DNA of 64,000 nt. Source: an uncultured bacterium (GTDB lineage: Bacteria; Babelota; Babeliae; Babelales; Vermiphilaceae). Positions 1-9,600 of the stretch are shown here, in pieces. The notes below the pieces were generated by a model. That model was not told the origin of the DNA. It saw only the letters and a program-made list of their open reading frames with translations, and ran no database searches. Where the stretch lies: contig OY970172.1 in NCBI GenBank assembly GCA_963707655.1, positions 992,001-1,056,000 of the forward strand, read 5' to 3'. A program made the translations under genes and the position numbers. Each line of letters begins with the position of its first letter. The stretch's first letter is position 1.

Positions 1-2
1 CG

Positions 3-320
3 CAAGGGTTATATCATAACACGGTCCCGGCGAACGGGCTCTTTTCAAAGAGACTGTTTCCGCAATACCCACAAGTACATCAAATAAAAACAAAACTGGG
101 CAACCGTGGACTGGCTCATATTGAATTTCTTATGATTAAATTTTTGCGTCACATGCCCACCATTATGAAAGAAATTGCTGAGAATCACGGTGACCAAAAT
201 AACTTCCTGTCCGTTTCAATACAAACAAAAAAAATTGGAGCCTTTCACCGGCACCATGCGAGTAAGATCATAGTAACCGACGAATGGCAGCAACAATCGC
301 CGAAGCATCAATCTGCTTAA
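3..320 (+). CDS. 3' part of alpha/beta-hydrolase-like protein (5' truncated by window), paralog of 463..1497
   Basis: Frame from nt 3 reads QGLYHNTVPANGLFSKRLFPQYPQVHQIKTKLGNRGLAHIEF, matching QGLYHNKMTAHGLFSSRLFPQYSHVCQIKSRLGNRGLAHIDF of the next ORF. Confidence 0.8.
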   Translation, partial: QGLYHNTVPANGLFSKRLFPQYPQVHQIKTKLGNRGLAHIEFLMIKFLRHMPTIMKEIAENHGDQNNFLSVSIQTKKIGAFHRHHASKIIVTDEWQQQSPKHQSA

Positions 321-385
321 ACGCAAGAAGTTCACTAGATTTTTGCCTGAGCGGGCAAGCTTGTTAACTGCTAAACATTCAATAA
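268..385 (-). pseudogene. Relic of transketolase 3' end
   Basis: Minus strand reads IECLAVNKLARSG/(frameshift)KSSELLAFKQIDASAIVAAIRRLL* versus Tkt C-terminus VECLAVSMLPRSGKAAELLAFEHIDAAAIVAAVHKLE*. Confidence 0.75.
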
Positions 386-462
386 TGCACAACATGAGCT
401 AAAAACTAGCATTCATTTTACTTTTTATATAATAATACAGAGTAATTACTGAGGAGTTTGTT

Positions 463-1497
463 ATGAAAATGTTTTCTTATAAAAACTTTACCAGTCTATT
501 GCTCGCTGTTTTGGTGCTCATTCTCTTGGTCGGCTGCAAAGGTCCCCTGAAAAATAACATCTTAGGACAGCCGCAGACCACTCTTGATACTACTGCCGAA
601 TTAGTACAATCGACAAAAATACCCACGGAAGTCACGGTGTGGGTTCATGGAACCGCTCTGGTTCCGCAGATTATGCCAAATTTTTTTTATCGCAAACAGG
701 GCTTCCACTCTGCACTCATCTATGAAGGGCGGTATCACCTGCGCAAAATCGTCAATAGCTTGCACGCTCAGGCTCCTGAGCTTTTCCCCCTTGAGCATTT
801 TTATATTTTTGGCTGGAACGGCAAACTTAATTTTGAAGAAAGAAGAAAAGCAGCGCAAGAGCTCTATTATGAACTTATGAATCTTCACGATCTTTATCGC
901 GAAAAATGTGGGGTTGCGCCGCGAATTAAAATGATTACCCACAGCCACGGCGGTAATGTTGCCCTTAATTTGGCAAAAGTAAAAGAGAAGAATCAGGATT
1001 TTGTGATATCGGAATTAATCATGCTTGCCTGCCCCGTGCAGGCAGAAACAATGCATCTGGTGAGTGATCCACTTTTTAAAAAGATCTACTCGTTTTATTC
1101 AGAAAGCGATTTAATTCAAATTATTGATCCCCAGGGACTTTATCACAACAAAATGACAGCGCATGGGTTATTTTCAAGTCGACTGTTTCCACAGTATTCA
1201 CATGTGTGCCAAATTAAAAGCAGACTGGGGAATCGTGGGCTGGCTCATATCGATTTTCTTCTGATGAGATTCATTAGCAATATGCCCGCCATCATGAAAG
1301 AACTTGCCCAAAGACAGAAGACTGATCAAAGCGGTTTTTATGCACTTTCAATACCAACAAGAAAAAACGGGCCATTTCATAGACGCAAAGTAAATAAATT
1401 TACTCTAGCTTGTGAACAGCTGCCACAATCGCCGCGGCATCAATGTGCTCAAACGCTAGCAGCTCGGCAGCCTTGCCCGAGCGGGGTAGCATGCTGA
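463..1497 (+). CDS. Putative lipoprotein, alpha/beta hydrolase fold
   Basis: Lipobox-like LVGC after a hydrophobic stretch; VHGT and HSHGG nucleophile-elbow-like motifs. Confidence 0.7.
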   Translation: MKMFSYKNFTSLLLAVLVLILLVGCKGPLKNNILGQPQTTLDTTAELVQSTKIPTEVTVWVHGTALVPQIMPNFFYRKQGFHSALIYEGRYHLRKIVNSLHAQAPELFPLEHFYIFGWNGKLNFEERRKAAQELYYELMNLHDLYREKCGVAPRIKMITHSHGGNVALNLAKVKEKNQDFVISELIMLACPVQAETMHLVSDPLFKKIYSFYSESDLIQIIDPQGLYHNKMTAHGLFSSRLFPQYSHVCQIKSRLGNRGLAHIDFLLMRFISNMPAIMKELAQRQKTDQSGFYALSIPTRKNGPFHRRKVNKFTLACEQLPQSPRHQCAQTLAARQPCPSGVAC

Positions 1498-3283
1498 CAG
1501 CCAAGCATTCAACAGAAATATTGGTGTCTTTGAGCGCGTATACTACCGCCTGTCCCAGACCACCTTCCAGGTAATGGTCTTCAACAGTGATAATACGTGA
1601 ACCGGCCTGTGCAGCAACTTTTTTTATTGTTTCACCGTCGAGTGGCTTGATGCTATATAAATCAATCACGGCGACTGCTATTCCTTGTGCGGCCAATTGG
1701 GCATATGCTTTTAATGCTTCAAAAAGAGTTACTCCTGCACCGATAATGCAGGCCTTGTCCTGTTCGCTTTGACGCAGTACCTTGCAACCGCCAATAACAA
1801 AATTTTCGCTCTCATCGTAGAGCACAGGGGTATCCATGCGTGTTGTTCGCAGATAGGAAATGCCCTGGTTATATTCTACCATGCATGTCACCAAGCGGGC
1901 GGTGCTCACCGCATCTGCCGGATATAAAATTGCCGAGCCGGGCACGGTGCGCATAAATGCAATGTCTTCCAGCGCCATCTGCGAAGGGCCATCTTCACCA
2001 ATAGAAACTCCCGCATGTGAGCCCACCAAGCGTAATTTTGATTGGCCAATTGCAGCCATTCTGATCTGGTCGGCTGCACGACTAAAAAATGCACCGAATG
2101 TTGAAATAAATGGCACGGCGCCACGCTTTTCAAAACCAACCCCCATGTCTACCATGTTCTGCTCAGCAATAAAACATTGCACAAAACGTTCGGGAAATTT
2201 TTCTTCAAAAATATCGGCAAATGTTGAATTGGCAACATCTCCGTCCAAAGCAACAATTTTTTTGCACGCTGTTCCCAATAGAGCCAATGTTTTGCCATAT
2301 GCTTTGCGCGTGGCGATCATTTCATTTTTTCTGTAGCCGGGCGTCGGCAACTGAAATCCTACACATCCATGTTCTTCTACTGCATCGGGTGAAGGGGGTA
2401 ATTCTTGCTGCAACTTAACGGTGTCCGGATTAAACGAGGCAGCAAAATGAAAAAATCCCTTCAGTTGAGTCAAGATGCCGGGTAGTTCATCTTTTTTAAA
2501 TGCTTTGCCATGATAACCTTGTTTGTCGGCAACTTCAGGAACCCCATAGCCTTTTATTGTCTTGGCGATGATAACGGTTGGATGGGAGTGTTCAAGCGCT
2601 TCTCGCGCTTTATCAAGAGCAGACATAATTTGTTGCATGTCATGACCATCGATCACTAAGGATTTCCATCCAAAAGCAGTAAACTTATCTGCGTAACGCT
2701 GTGCATGGTGAGCGTGCATTGTTTCGCTGCTTTGGCCCAGTCTATTGCAATCAATGATAGCTACCAAGTTATGTAATTTATAAAATGCGGCCAATTCTGC
2801 TGCTTCCCAGACAGAGCCTTCAGCAATTTCCCCATCTCCCAATAATACATAGGTAGTAAAAGGAATTTTGAAGCGATTTGAATAAAGGGCCATACCGGCA
2901 CCAATAGAAAGGCCGTTGCCCAATGATCCCGTTGCGGCTTCCGTGTAGGGAAAGCGGGGGGTAGGATGCCCCTCAAGGGGAGAATTAAATGTTCTGTATC
3001 CCATTAATTCATCTTTAGGGAACGCGCCTGCTTCTGCCCAGGCTGCGTATAAAAGAGGGGCCGCATGCCCTTTTGATAGAATAAAGCGATCATTAGTGGG
3101 GCAATTAAAGTTGGCCGGGTTGTAGCGCATCGCATAAAAAAAAAGCGCTGAAATTAGATCAGCGGCTGAAAGACAGGAAGTTGGATGGCCGGAACCGGCT
3201 TCGCTTGTCACCTGCAATGAAGAAACGCGAAGTTTGTACGCCTTATGTTCTAAAACATTTCTGATCTGATGCTTATTAGGCAT
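1400..3283 (-). CDS. tkt: Transketolase
   Basis: SGHPTS, DRFILSKGHA, LEGHP, TPP motif GDGE, IAEQNM, SHAGVSIGEDGPSQMALED. Confidence 0.97.
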   Translation of the reverse strand: MPNKHQIRNVLEHKAYKLRVSSLQVTSEAGSGHPTSCLSAADLISALFFYAMRYNPANFNCPTNDRFILSKGHAAPLLYAAWAEAGAFPKDELMGYRTFNSPLEGHPTPRFPYTEAATGSLGNGLSIGAGMALYSNRFKIPFTTYVLLGDGEIAEGSVWEAAELAAFYKLHNLVAIIDCNRLGQSSETMHAHHAQRYADKFTAFGWKSLVIDGHDMQQIMSALDKAREALEHSHPTVIIAKTIKGYGVPEVADKQGYHGKAFKKDELPGILTQLKGFFHFAASFNPDTVKLQQELPPSPDAVEEHGCVGFQLPTPGYRKNEMIATRKAYGKTLALLGTACKKIVALDGDVANSTFADIFEEKFPERFVQCFIAEQNMVDMGVGFEKRGAVPFISTFGAFFSRAADQIRMAAIGQSKLRLVGSHAGVSIGEDGPSQMALEDIAFMRTVPGSAILYPADAVSTARLVTCMVEYNQGISYLRTTRMDTPVLYDESENFVIGGCKVLRQSEQDKACIIGAGVTLFEALKAYAQLAAQGIAVAVIDLYSIKPLDGETIKKVAAQAGSRIITVEDHYLEGGLGQAVVYALKDTNISVECLAVSMLPRSGKAAELLAFEHIDAAAIVAAVHKLE

Positions 3284-3394
3284 TACGTATCACCTTTTTT
3301 AATGGCACAATAAAAATCTATTAAATATTGTTTTCACGCTAGCAATAGATCAGCAAAATTGCAAGATGCGGTGTGTGGCCAAGAGATGGCATTA

Positions 3395-3760
3395 TTATAA
3401 GGTTAACCTGCGGCTTCTGCCACTATGTTTTGGTTTCGATCGGTTTGGTATAGGTTGTTTCGCTTGCTTTTTTTCACGCATAGAAAAAATCAGATAGCTA
3501 TATTCCATTTTGTTATAGTGAAATGCTTCAGGGTTGTTTTTTATAGCTGCATCACCCATGTTGGCATACCAAAACGTCAAGGCATTGATCTGTTCGATTG
3601 AAATGTTCCTTTTTCTGTGCTCAGACACAAACTCACTCACTACAATTTGTGGGTCCGTGTTTTTAAAATAGTCCTGTGCTGCGCGAAAGTCTTCGTCATC
3701 CATAGCATAAATGTTAACAAAACAGAAAACGGGAAGGAGGAGTATTACATACCATTTCAT
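3395..3760 (-). CDS. Hypothetical secreted protein
   Basis: 121 aa ORF with N-terminal signal-like segment and basic C-terminus. Confidence 0.6.
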   Translation of the reverse strand: MKWYVILLLPVFCFVNIYAMDDEDFRAAQDYFKNTDPQIVVSEFVSEHRKRNISIEQINALTFWYANMGDAAIKNNPEAFHYNKMEYSYLIFSMREKKQAKQPIPNRSKPKHSGRSRRLTL

Positions 3761-4005
3761 GAAAAAAACCTTATGTATAAGACTTCAGCGAATGAATGAA
3801 AAATCTGTCAAAACCTTACGTTTGAATAAGAAAGACTCCGATTCTGCTCATTACTCAAAAAAAGTCTTTTATATTCGAGCAAAAGAATAATTTACCCAAC
3901 CTCGCTGTTCTTGTCCATTCCTGAAATAAGAACGAGGACAAATATTGAGATGAAATTAATAATAGTCTATACTATCCAAATATCATCTTATTTTGACTTA
4001 TCTTT

Positions 4006-4082
4006 GTGCCCGTAGCTCAGCTGGATAGAGCGACAGACTTCTAATCTGTAGGTCGTAGGTTCGACTCCTACCGGGCACACCA
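4006..4082 (+). tRNA. tRNA-Arg(UCU)
   Basis: GTGCCCG/CGGGCAC acceptor stem, D arm AGCTCAGCTGGATAGAGC, anticodon arm ACAGA-CTTCTAA-TCTGT, GGTTCGACTCC T arm, encoded CCA. Confidence 0.97.
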
Positions 4083-5537
4083 CTTTCCAGTTTTTACTGT
4101 TTCCAATATCTCATTAAATACCGGTTTCAGCTGTATATCGAGCTTTTCATCTTTATAAGAGCAGTTCGAAACTAGAATATTGATCAATCGGCGTTTTTGT
4201 TCCGCATCTTGCTTTTGAAACAGTACAATCGCCTTTCTTGAGAGTTCTAAGACCAGATTCGCATTTTCAAGATAATTCTTATCGGCTCTTTGAAGCGCCA
4301 GAAGCTTTAAAGCTAAACGCTCTTTTTCTTCTATCCATTTTGATGCATGAGACTGCCAGAATTCTTCACTAATTTTTTTATCAATTTTATCCAGATATGC
4401 TTGATCGATTCTGTTCTGAAGAAATTTTATTTGTCGCTCTGTTTGTTGAACCAGCTTATTATGATAATCAACCTTTTCCTTTAAGCTCGATCGAAGACTC
4501 TCCATAATGATTTCCCGAGCTTGCTCTGAAATAGCTATATTTCTTAATATCCCCTCAAGCTGCGTTTCAAGAATCTCTTGCTTCAAATAAACCTGCTGAC
4601 AGTTGCCTTTATGACCGGTACATCTGTAGTAGATATATTTCTCTTTTTTTATTTCGGCAGTTAAAGAACAACCGCATATACCGCATCTGATTAAATTGGT
4701 ATAAGGAAATAGGCCTTTTCTTGATTTGTTTTTGTATGGATTCTTAAGCATTGTCTGAACTTTATGAAATAGCTCCTTACTCACAATAGCTTCATGAGAG
4801 GCATTTTCATACCGTTTCCCTCTCCAAGAAAAAACCCCGGTATAGAAATCATTTTTTAAAATGATTTCTACATTGCTGCTGTAAAAATTTTTACCATTTC
4901 TATAGATCATGCCATCAGCAAGCATCTTTTTGCGTAAATTGAGTAAAGAGTAAGATCCTGTTGCATATAATTCAAACATTTTCTTAATGAATAGTGCAGC
5001 ATCAGGGTCAACAACGATAACCTTTTTACCATCAACTTTGGCATTCAAATAACCATAAGGAGCAATCGATGGGTAAGTTCCCTGAGCAGCTTTTTCCTGC
5101 ATACCCTTTTTCACTTCTTCTGAGAGATTATCGATGTAATTTTTGGCCATCAAGGCCTTGATGCCAAAAATGAATTTTTCATTAGAGCGAGATTCTCGGC
5201 TTAGAGTAGAGTTTTCTTTCACAAGGTGAATTGTAATATCCGTTTGTGAAGTCAACTTATCAATTAAAGCATAATCAGACATGTTACGTGTAAGTCGATC
5301 TGTTTTTTCAACAAGAATGTGTTTTATGGACTGATCTTCATGAATAAGATTCAGCATTTTGTTGAACTGTGTACGCCCGGTCTTTTTTGCAGTTTCAACA
5401 TCAGTAAATTTCCCCACAACCGTATAGCCATTCTTTAGGGCATACTCATTCAAGATCTTGAGTTGGGCGGGTATGGAAAACCCTTCGGCTTCTTGGTCTT
5501 TAGAGGAAACTCGAGCATAAATGAGCGCTTTGTTCAT
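4068..5537 (-). CDS. Large serine recombinase (integrase)
   Basis: YARVSS catalytic motif, DRLTR, recombinase domain (PYGY), zinc ribbon CGICGC..YYRC..C, coiled coil; last codons WCAR* overlap the tRNA 3' end. Confidence 0.95.
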   Translation of the reverse strand: MNKALIYARVSSKDQEAEGFSIPAQLKILNEYALKNGYTVVGKFTDVETAKKTGRTQFNKMLNLIHEDQSIKHILVEKTDRLTRNMSDYALIDKLTSQTDITIHLVKENSTLSRESRSNEKFIFGIKALMAKNYIDNLSEEVKKGMQEKAAQGTYPSIAPYGYLNAKVDGKKVIVVDPDAALFIKKMFELYATGSYSLLNLRKKMLADGMIYRNGKNFYSSNVEIILKNDFYTGVFSWRGKRYENASHEAIVSKELFHKVQTMLKNPYKNKSRKGLFPYTNLIRCGICGCSLTAEIKKEKYIYYRCTGHKGNCQQVYLKQEILETQLEGILRNIAISEQAREIIMESLRSSLKEKVDYHNKLVQQTERQIKFLQNRIDQAYLDKIDKKISEEFWQSHASKWIEEKERLALKLLALQRADKNYLENANLVLELSRKAIVLFQKQDAEQKRRLINILVSNCSYKDEKLDIQLKPVFNEILETVKTGKWCAR

Positions 5538-5548
5538 AGCTGTATACC

Positions 5549-5716
5549 TTATTTGCTCAAAATTCCTATTTTTTTGTCCTCTTCCAGGTGGTTTTTGATC
5601 GCTTCAACCACCAATTCCTTCATAGTTTTACCTTTAATGGCGGCAAAAGCTTTAAACTTTTTATGGTCTTCTTCAGGGATATCAATGGTAATTCGAGATA
5701 AATTTTGTTTTTGCAT
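5549..5716 (-). CDS. Small ribbon-helix-helix (ParG-like) DNA-binding protein, not in ORF track
   Basis: Manual translation MQKQNLSRITIDIPEEDHKKFKAFAAIKGKTMKELVVEAIKNHLEEDKKIGILSK*; directly upstream of and co-oriented with the recombinase. Confidence 0.75.
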   Translation of the reverse strand: MQKQNLSRITIDIPEEDHKKFKAFAAIKGKTMKELVVEAIKNHLEEDKKIGILSK

Positions 5717-5800
5717 AAAAAAATCCAATATTTACGAGACATTTTAATAGCTAATGATACAATAAAGATATAAAGAAATAAAGAAATACTTGGGGGTTTT

Positions 5801-6664
5801 GTGAATATATTCAGATATATATCGAATTTATTTGATAAGGGCGTCAATTTAAAGCCCTCTATTGAGAAAAAAATCACTATCAATAATGAACCTGATTCTA
5901 AAGAGACACGCAAAAAGAGTGCTCAAAGGGTCAGAAATATCTATGATCCCTTGTCTACCAAGCCTTATAAGCTAAGTCGTAGCAAAATAGAGCTTTTCAT
6001 GCGTTGTAAGCGTTGTTTTTATATTGATCGTCGATTAGGAGTTGGGCATCCTGACGGATATCCATTTTCTCTAAATATTGCAGTCGATGAACTTTTGAAA
6101 AAAGAATTCGATATTTTTCGTCTAGAACAAAAGCCGCACCCTCTCTGCCTCGAAAATAATGTAAATGCGATTCCATTTAAGCACGAAAACTTAGAAAGCT
6201 GGCGTAAATCGCTCCATGAGGGCGTTCAATACCATGTTCCTAATACAAATCTTCTCATCCATGGTGGCCTTGATGATGTTTGGATTAATCAGGATACTGG
6301 TGAACTTCTAGTCGTTGATTACAAAGCTACCTCAAAAAACGGAGAAATAACTCTAGATGCCGATTGGCAAATTGGTTATAAGCGCCAAGCTGAAATCTAT
6401 CAGTGGCTTTTACGTAAAAATGACTTCACGGTATCTAATACTGCCTATTTTGTTTACTGCAATGGTAAAAAAGACATGCCACTGTTTGATAAAAAACTGC
6501 ACTTTGAGGTTACCTTACTGCCTTATGTAGGGAACGATTCGTGGGTGGAAGAAGCAGTTAATGGAGCTTACAGATGTCTTCAAACTAACACTATCCCTGC
6601 AGCAGAAAAGTCATGTGACTATTGTCAGTATTGGAACGGTGTCACTAACCACTTAATAAAATAA
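5801..6664 (+). CDS. PD-(D/E)XK nuclease family protein (Cas4/AddB-like)
   Basis: LSRSKI..CKRC, GGLDD, VVDYK, QAEIY, C-terminal CDYC cysteines. Confidence 0.85.
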   Translation: MNIFRYISNLFDKGVNLKPSIEKKITINNEPDSKETRKKSAQRVRNIYDPLSTKPYKLSRSKIELFMRCKRCFYIDRRLGVGHPDGYPFSLNIAVDELLKKEFDIFRLEQKPHPLCLENNVNAIPFKHENLESWRKSLHEGVQYHVPNTNLLIHGGLDDVWINQDTGELLVVDYKATSKNGEITLDADWQIGYKRQAEIYQWLLRKNDFTVSNTAYFVYCNGKKDMPLFDKKLHFEVTLLPYVGNDSWVEEAVNGAYRCLQTNTIPAAEKSCDYCQYWNGVTNHLIK

Positions 6665-6699
6665 CCATCAAATTTAAAAGATGTATTGATAAAGTAAAT

Positions 6700-9600
6700 A
6701 TGATCTCTCCAAAACACCTCAAAGCTACTTATTTTTCCTCAAAAGGACTATTTCATAACCTTTCTAGCTTTACAAGCTTGGAAAATCGGATAGCCAATCT
6801 TCCTGAAATTGAACGTGGAGATGCCTTTGAAGTCTTTGCTGAGGCCTATCTCAAAACCCAATCCCTTCATCAAGTCGAGGAGATATGGCCAGAAAAGTCG
6901 CTGCCTCAAAGTCTACGTGAATTACTTAATATTCCTTCTGACGCTGGTATCGATGGGGTTTTTAAGACATCTTCTGGTCATTATAAGGCTTACCAGGTTA
7001 AGTTTAGGTCGAACAGAGGCTCTCTAAGCTGGGGTGGTGATAGTTTGGGTAATTTCTTTGGTCAGGCTGATAGAGTGAGTGAGCGAATACTTTTTACCAA
7101 TTCAATGGATTTATCCGATCTAGCTGCCTCTCGCGTCAATTTTTATTCTATCAAGGGGAATGAGCTAGATTGCCTTGAGCCTTCAGATTTTAAAACCATA
7201 GAAGATTGGCTTAAAACGGGAGTTGCTCGACGAGAAAGGCTAAAGCCCAAAGACCATCAGCAACAAGCTATAAATGCGATTATAGATGAACTTAGCGTAA
7301 AAGATCGAACGACGGCTATTATGGCGTGCGGAACTGGCAAAACCCTTGTCGCGCTTAGAGCTGCTGAAAAACTTCAAGCCAAGACGATCCTGGTTCTGTT
7401 GCCATCACTTGCCTTAATAAGGCAGACGCTTCATGATTGGGCGCGGGATCATGGCTGGGAGAAATTTCACTTTTTATGTGTTTGTTCTGACCATACTGTC
7501 GTTAATGATGAAAGCGAAATGATCTTGTTTCAGCGAGATTTAGATTTTGCTGTTACAACTCAACCGGAAGAAATTGCAGCTTTTCTCAACAATGGTAATG
7601 TAGCGCCTAAAATTATATTTTCTACCTATCAATCCTGTCGAATGGTAGCCCAAGCGATGCCAGGCAATTTTGCTTTTGATCTAGCTATTTTTGATGAAGC
7701 ACATAAAACAGCTTCTCGTTTGGCGACAAATCATGCTTTTGCGTTAAGCGAAAACAATATTGCAATCAAGAAGAGATTATTTTTAACTGCAACACCCCGA
7801 CACTATAACATTGATGTAAAAGACAAGTTTGGGGATAACCAGCTAGTTTTTTCGATGGATGATGAGACTATTTATGGCCGTGTCGTGTATAAACTTTCAT
7901 TTAGAGCTGCCGTTGAGCAGGGCCTCATCTGTGATTACAAAGTACTTATCTCCGTAATCACCTCTGATATGTTGAATCGCGAGCTGCTTAAGCGTGGCGA
8001 GGTATTGATTGATGGTGATATCATCAAGGCGCAACGCATTGCAAATATTTTAGCGATACAAAATGCCGTAGAACAATATGGCGTTAAGCGAATCTTCTCC
8101 TTCCATAGTTCGATATCAGCGGCTAAATCATTTACCGCTAAAACCAATGAAGGCGTAGGCGCATACCTGACTGATTTCGCGACGATGCATGTGAGCGGTG
8201 AGATGTCGTCAAGCAAGCGAGATGCTATTTTGAGTGAATTTCGCGATGCAGAGAAGGCACTAATTTCAAACGCTCGTTGTTTAACTGAGGGTGTAAACGT
8301 ACCAGCAGTTGACATGGTTGTTTTTGTTTCACCTAAGAGAAGTAAAGTTGATATTGCACAGGCTGCCGGTCGTGCAATGCGTAAGCATCCAGGCAAAGAG
8401 CGTGGCTATATTTTGATCCCATTATTCATGCAAGACGCAGGACAAGAAGAGCTAGAGCAGGCGCTTGCAAAAACAAAATTTGATACAGTCTGGGACGTGC
8501 TTCAGGCAATGTGCGAACAGGATGAGAGTTTAGTGGAAATTATCGCTAAGCTCAGAGAAGCTCGTGGCAGGATACTTGGTGTTAATGATAGTAGGCTGAG
8601 GGAGCGCGTAGAGATACTTGGACCAGAACTCGCCTTAAAGAGCTTGCGTGATGCAATTACAACAAGGATGATTGATAGGCTTGGTTTATCTTGGGATGAA
8701 AGATTTGGACAACTGGTTAGATTTAAAGAAGAGAGTGGCCATTGTTTGGTCCCTAATCGATATCCAGAAAATCCTGGTCTTGGGCAATGGGTACAAAAAA
8801 ATCGATGGGATTACAAAAAAAATGCGCTGGGATCTGAGCGTATTAAAAGATTAAACGAGATAAATTTTGCGTGGGATTATGAGGAGGCAATATGGAATAC
8901 ACGATACTTAGATCTTTGTCATTTTCAACAAATTAACGGTCATTGTAATGTGCCTCGTAATTATCATGATAGGCAGTTGGAATATTGGGTAGGCACTCAG
9001 CGAGTTTCCTATAAAAAAGGTAAGTTATCCAGTATTCAGATAAAACAGTTAGAAAAAATAGGGTTTGTCTGGGATTGTATTGAGGAAAACTGGCATAGCA
9101 ACTATTCGATGCTCGCTGAATTCAAACAAAAAAATGGTCATTTTGTCGTTCCAAAAGATACGCGCGAGAATAAGCAATTAGCTACTTGGGTTTCTGCTCA
9201 GAGAAAACTTCAGAAAAAAGGTAATCTATCTTCAGAAAAAATTTATTTACTTGAACAAATTAACTTTATGTGGGATCCGGTAAAGGCAATCCTCGAGGAG
9301 AGATTTTCCCAAATACTAAGTTTTTTTGAAAAAAATGGACACTGTAATGTTCCCGACAGCTATGACGAGATAGTTCCTGGATTGTGTTCCTGGCTTCGGT
9401 CTAGAAGAAATTTATATCGGAAAAATTTGCTAGATATTGATCAGATAAAACGCCTAGAGGAAATGAAAATTAAGTGGGACCCTTTTGATGCTAATTGGGA
9501 AGAGCAATTCGAAGCTTTAGTTCTTTACAAGTCGAAGAACGGCCATACCTCTGTGTCTAAAAAATATCATGAAAGCCCATCTTTGGGATTATGGGTGTTA

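Noticed and set aside
1587..2976. Short overlapping ORFs within tkt, and similar shadow ORFs over toxins, gsp genes and the beta-helix gene
   Set aside because: Antisense or alternate-frame shadows of well-supported genes with no motifs
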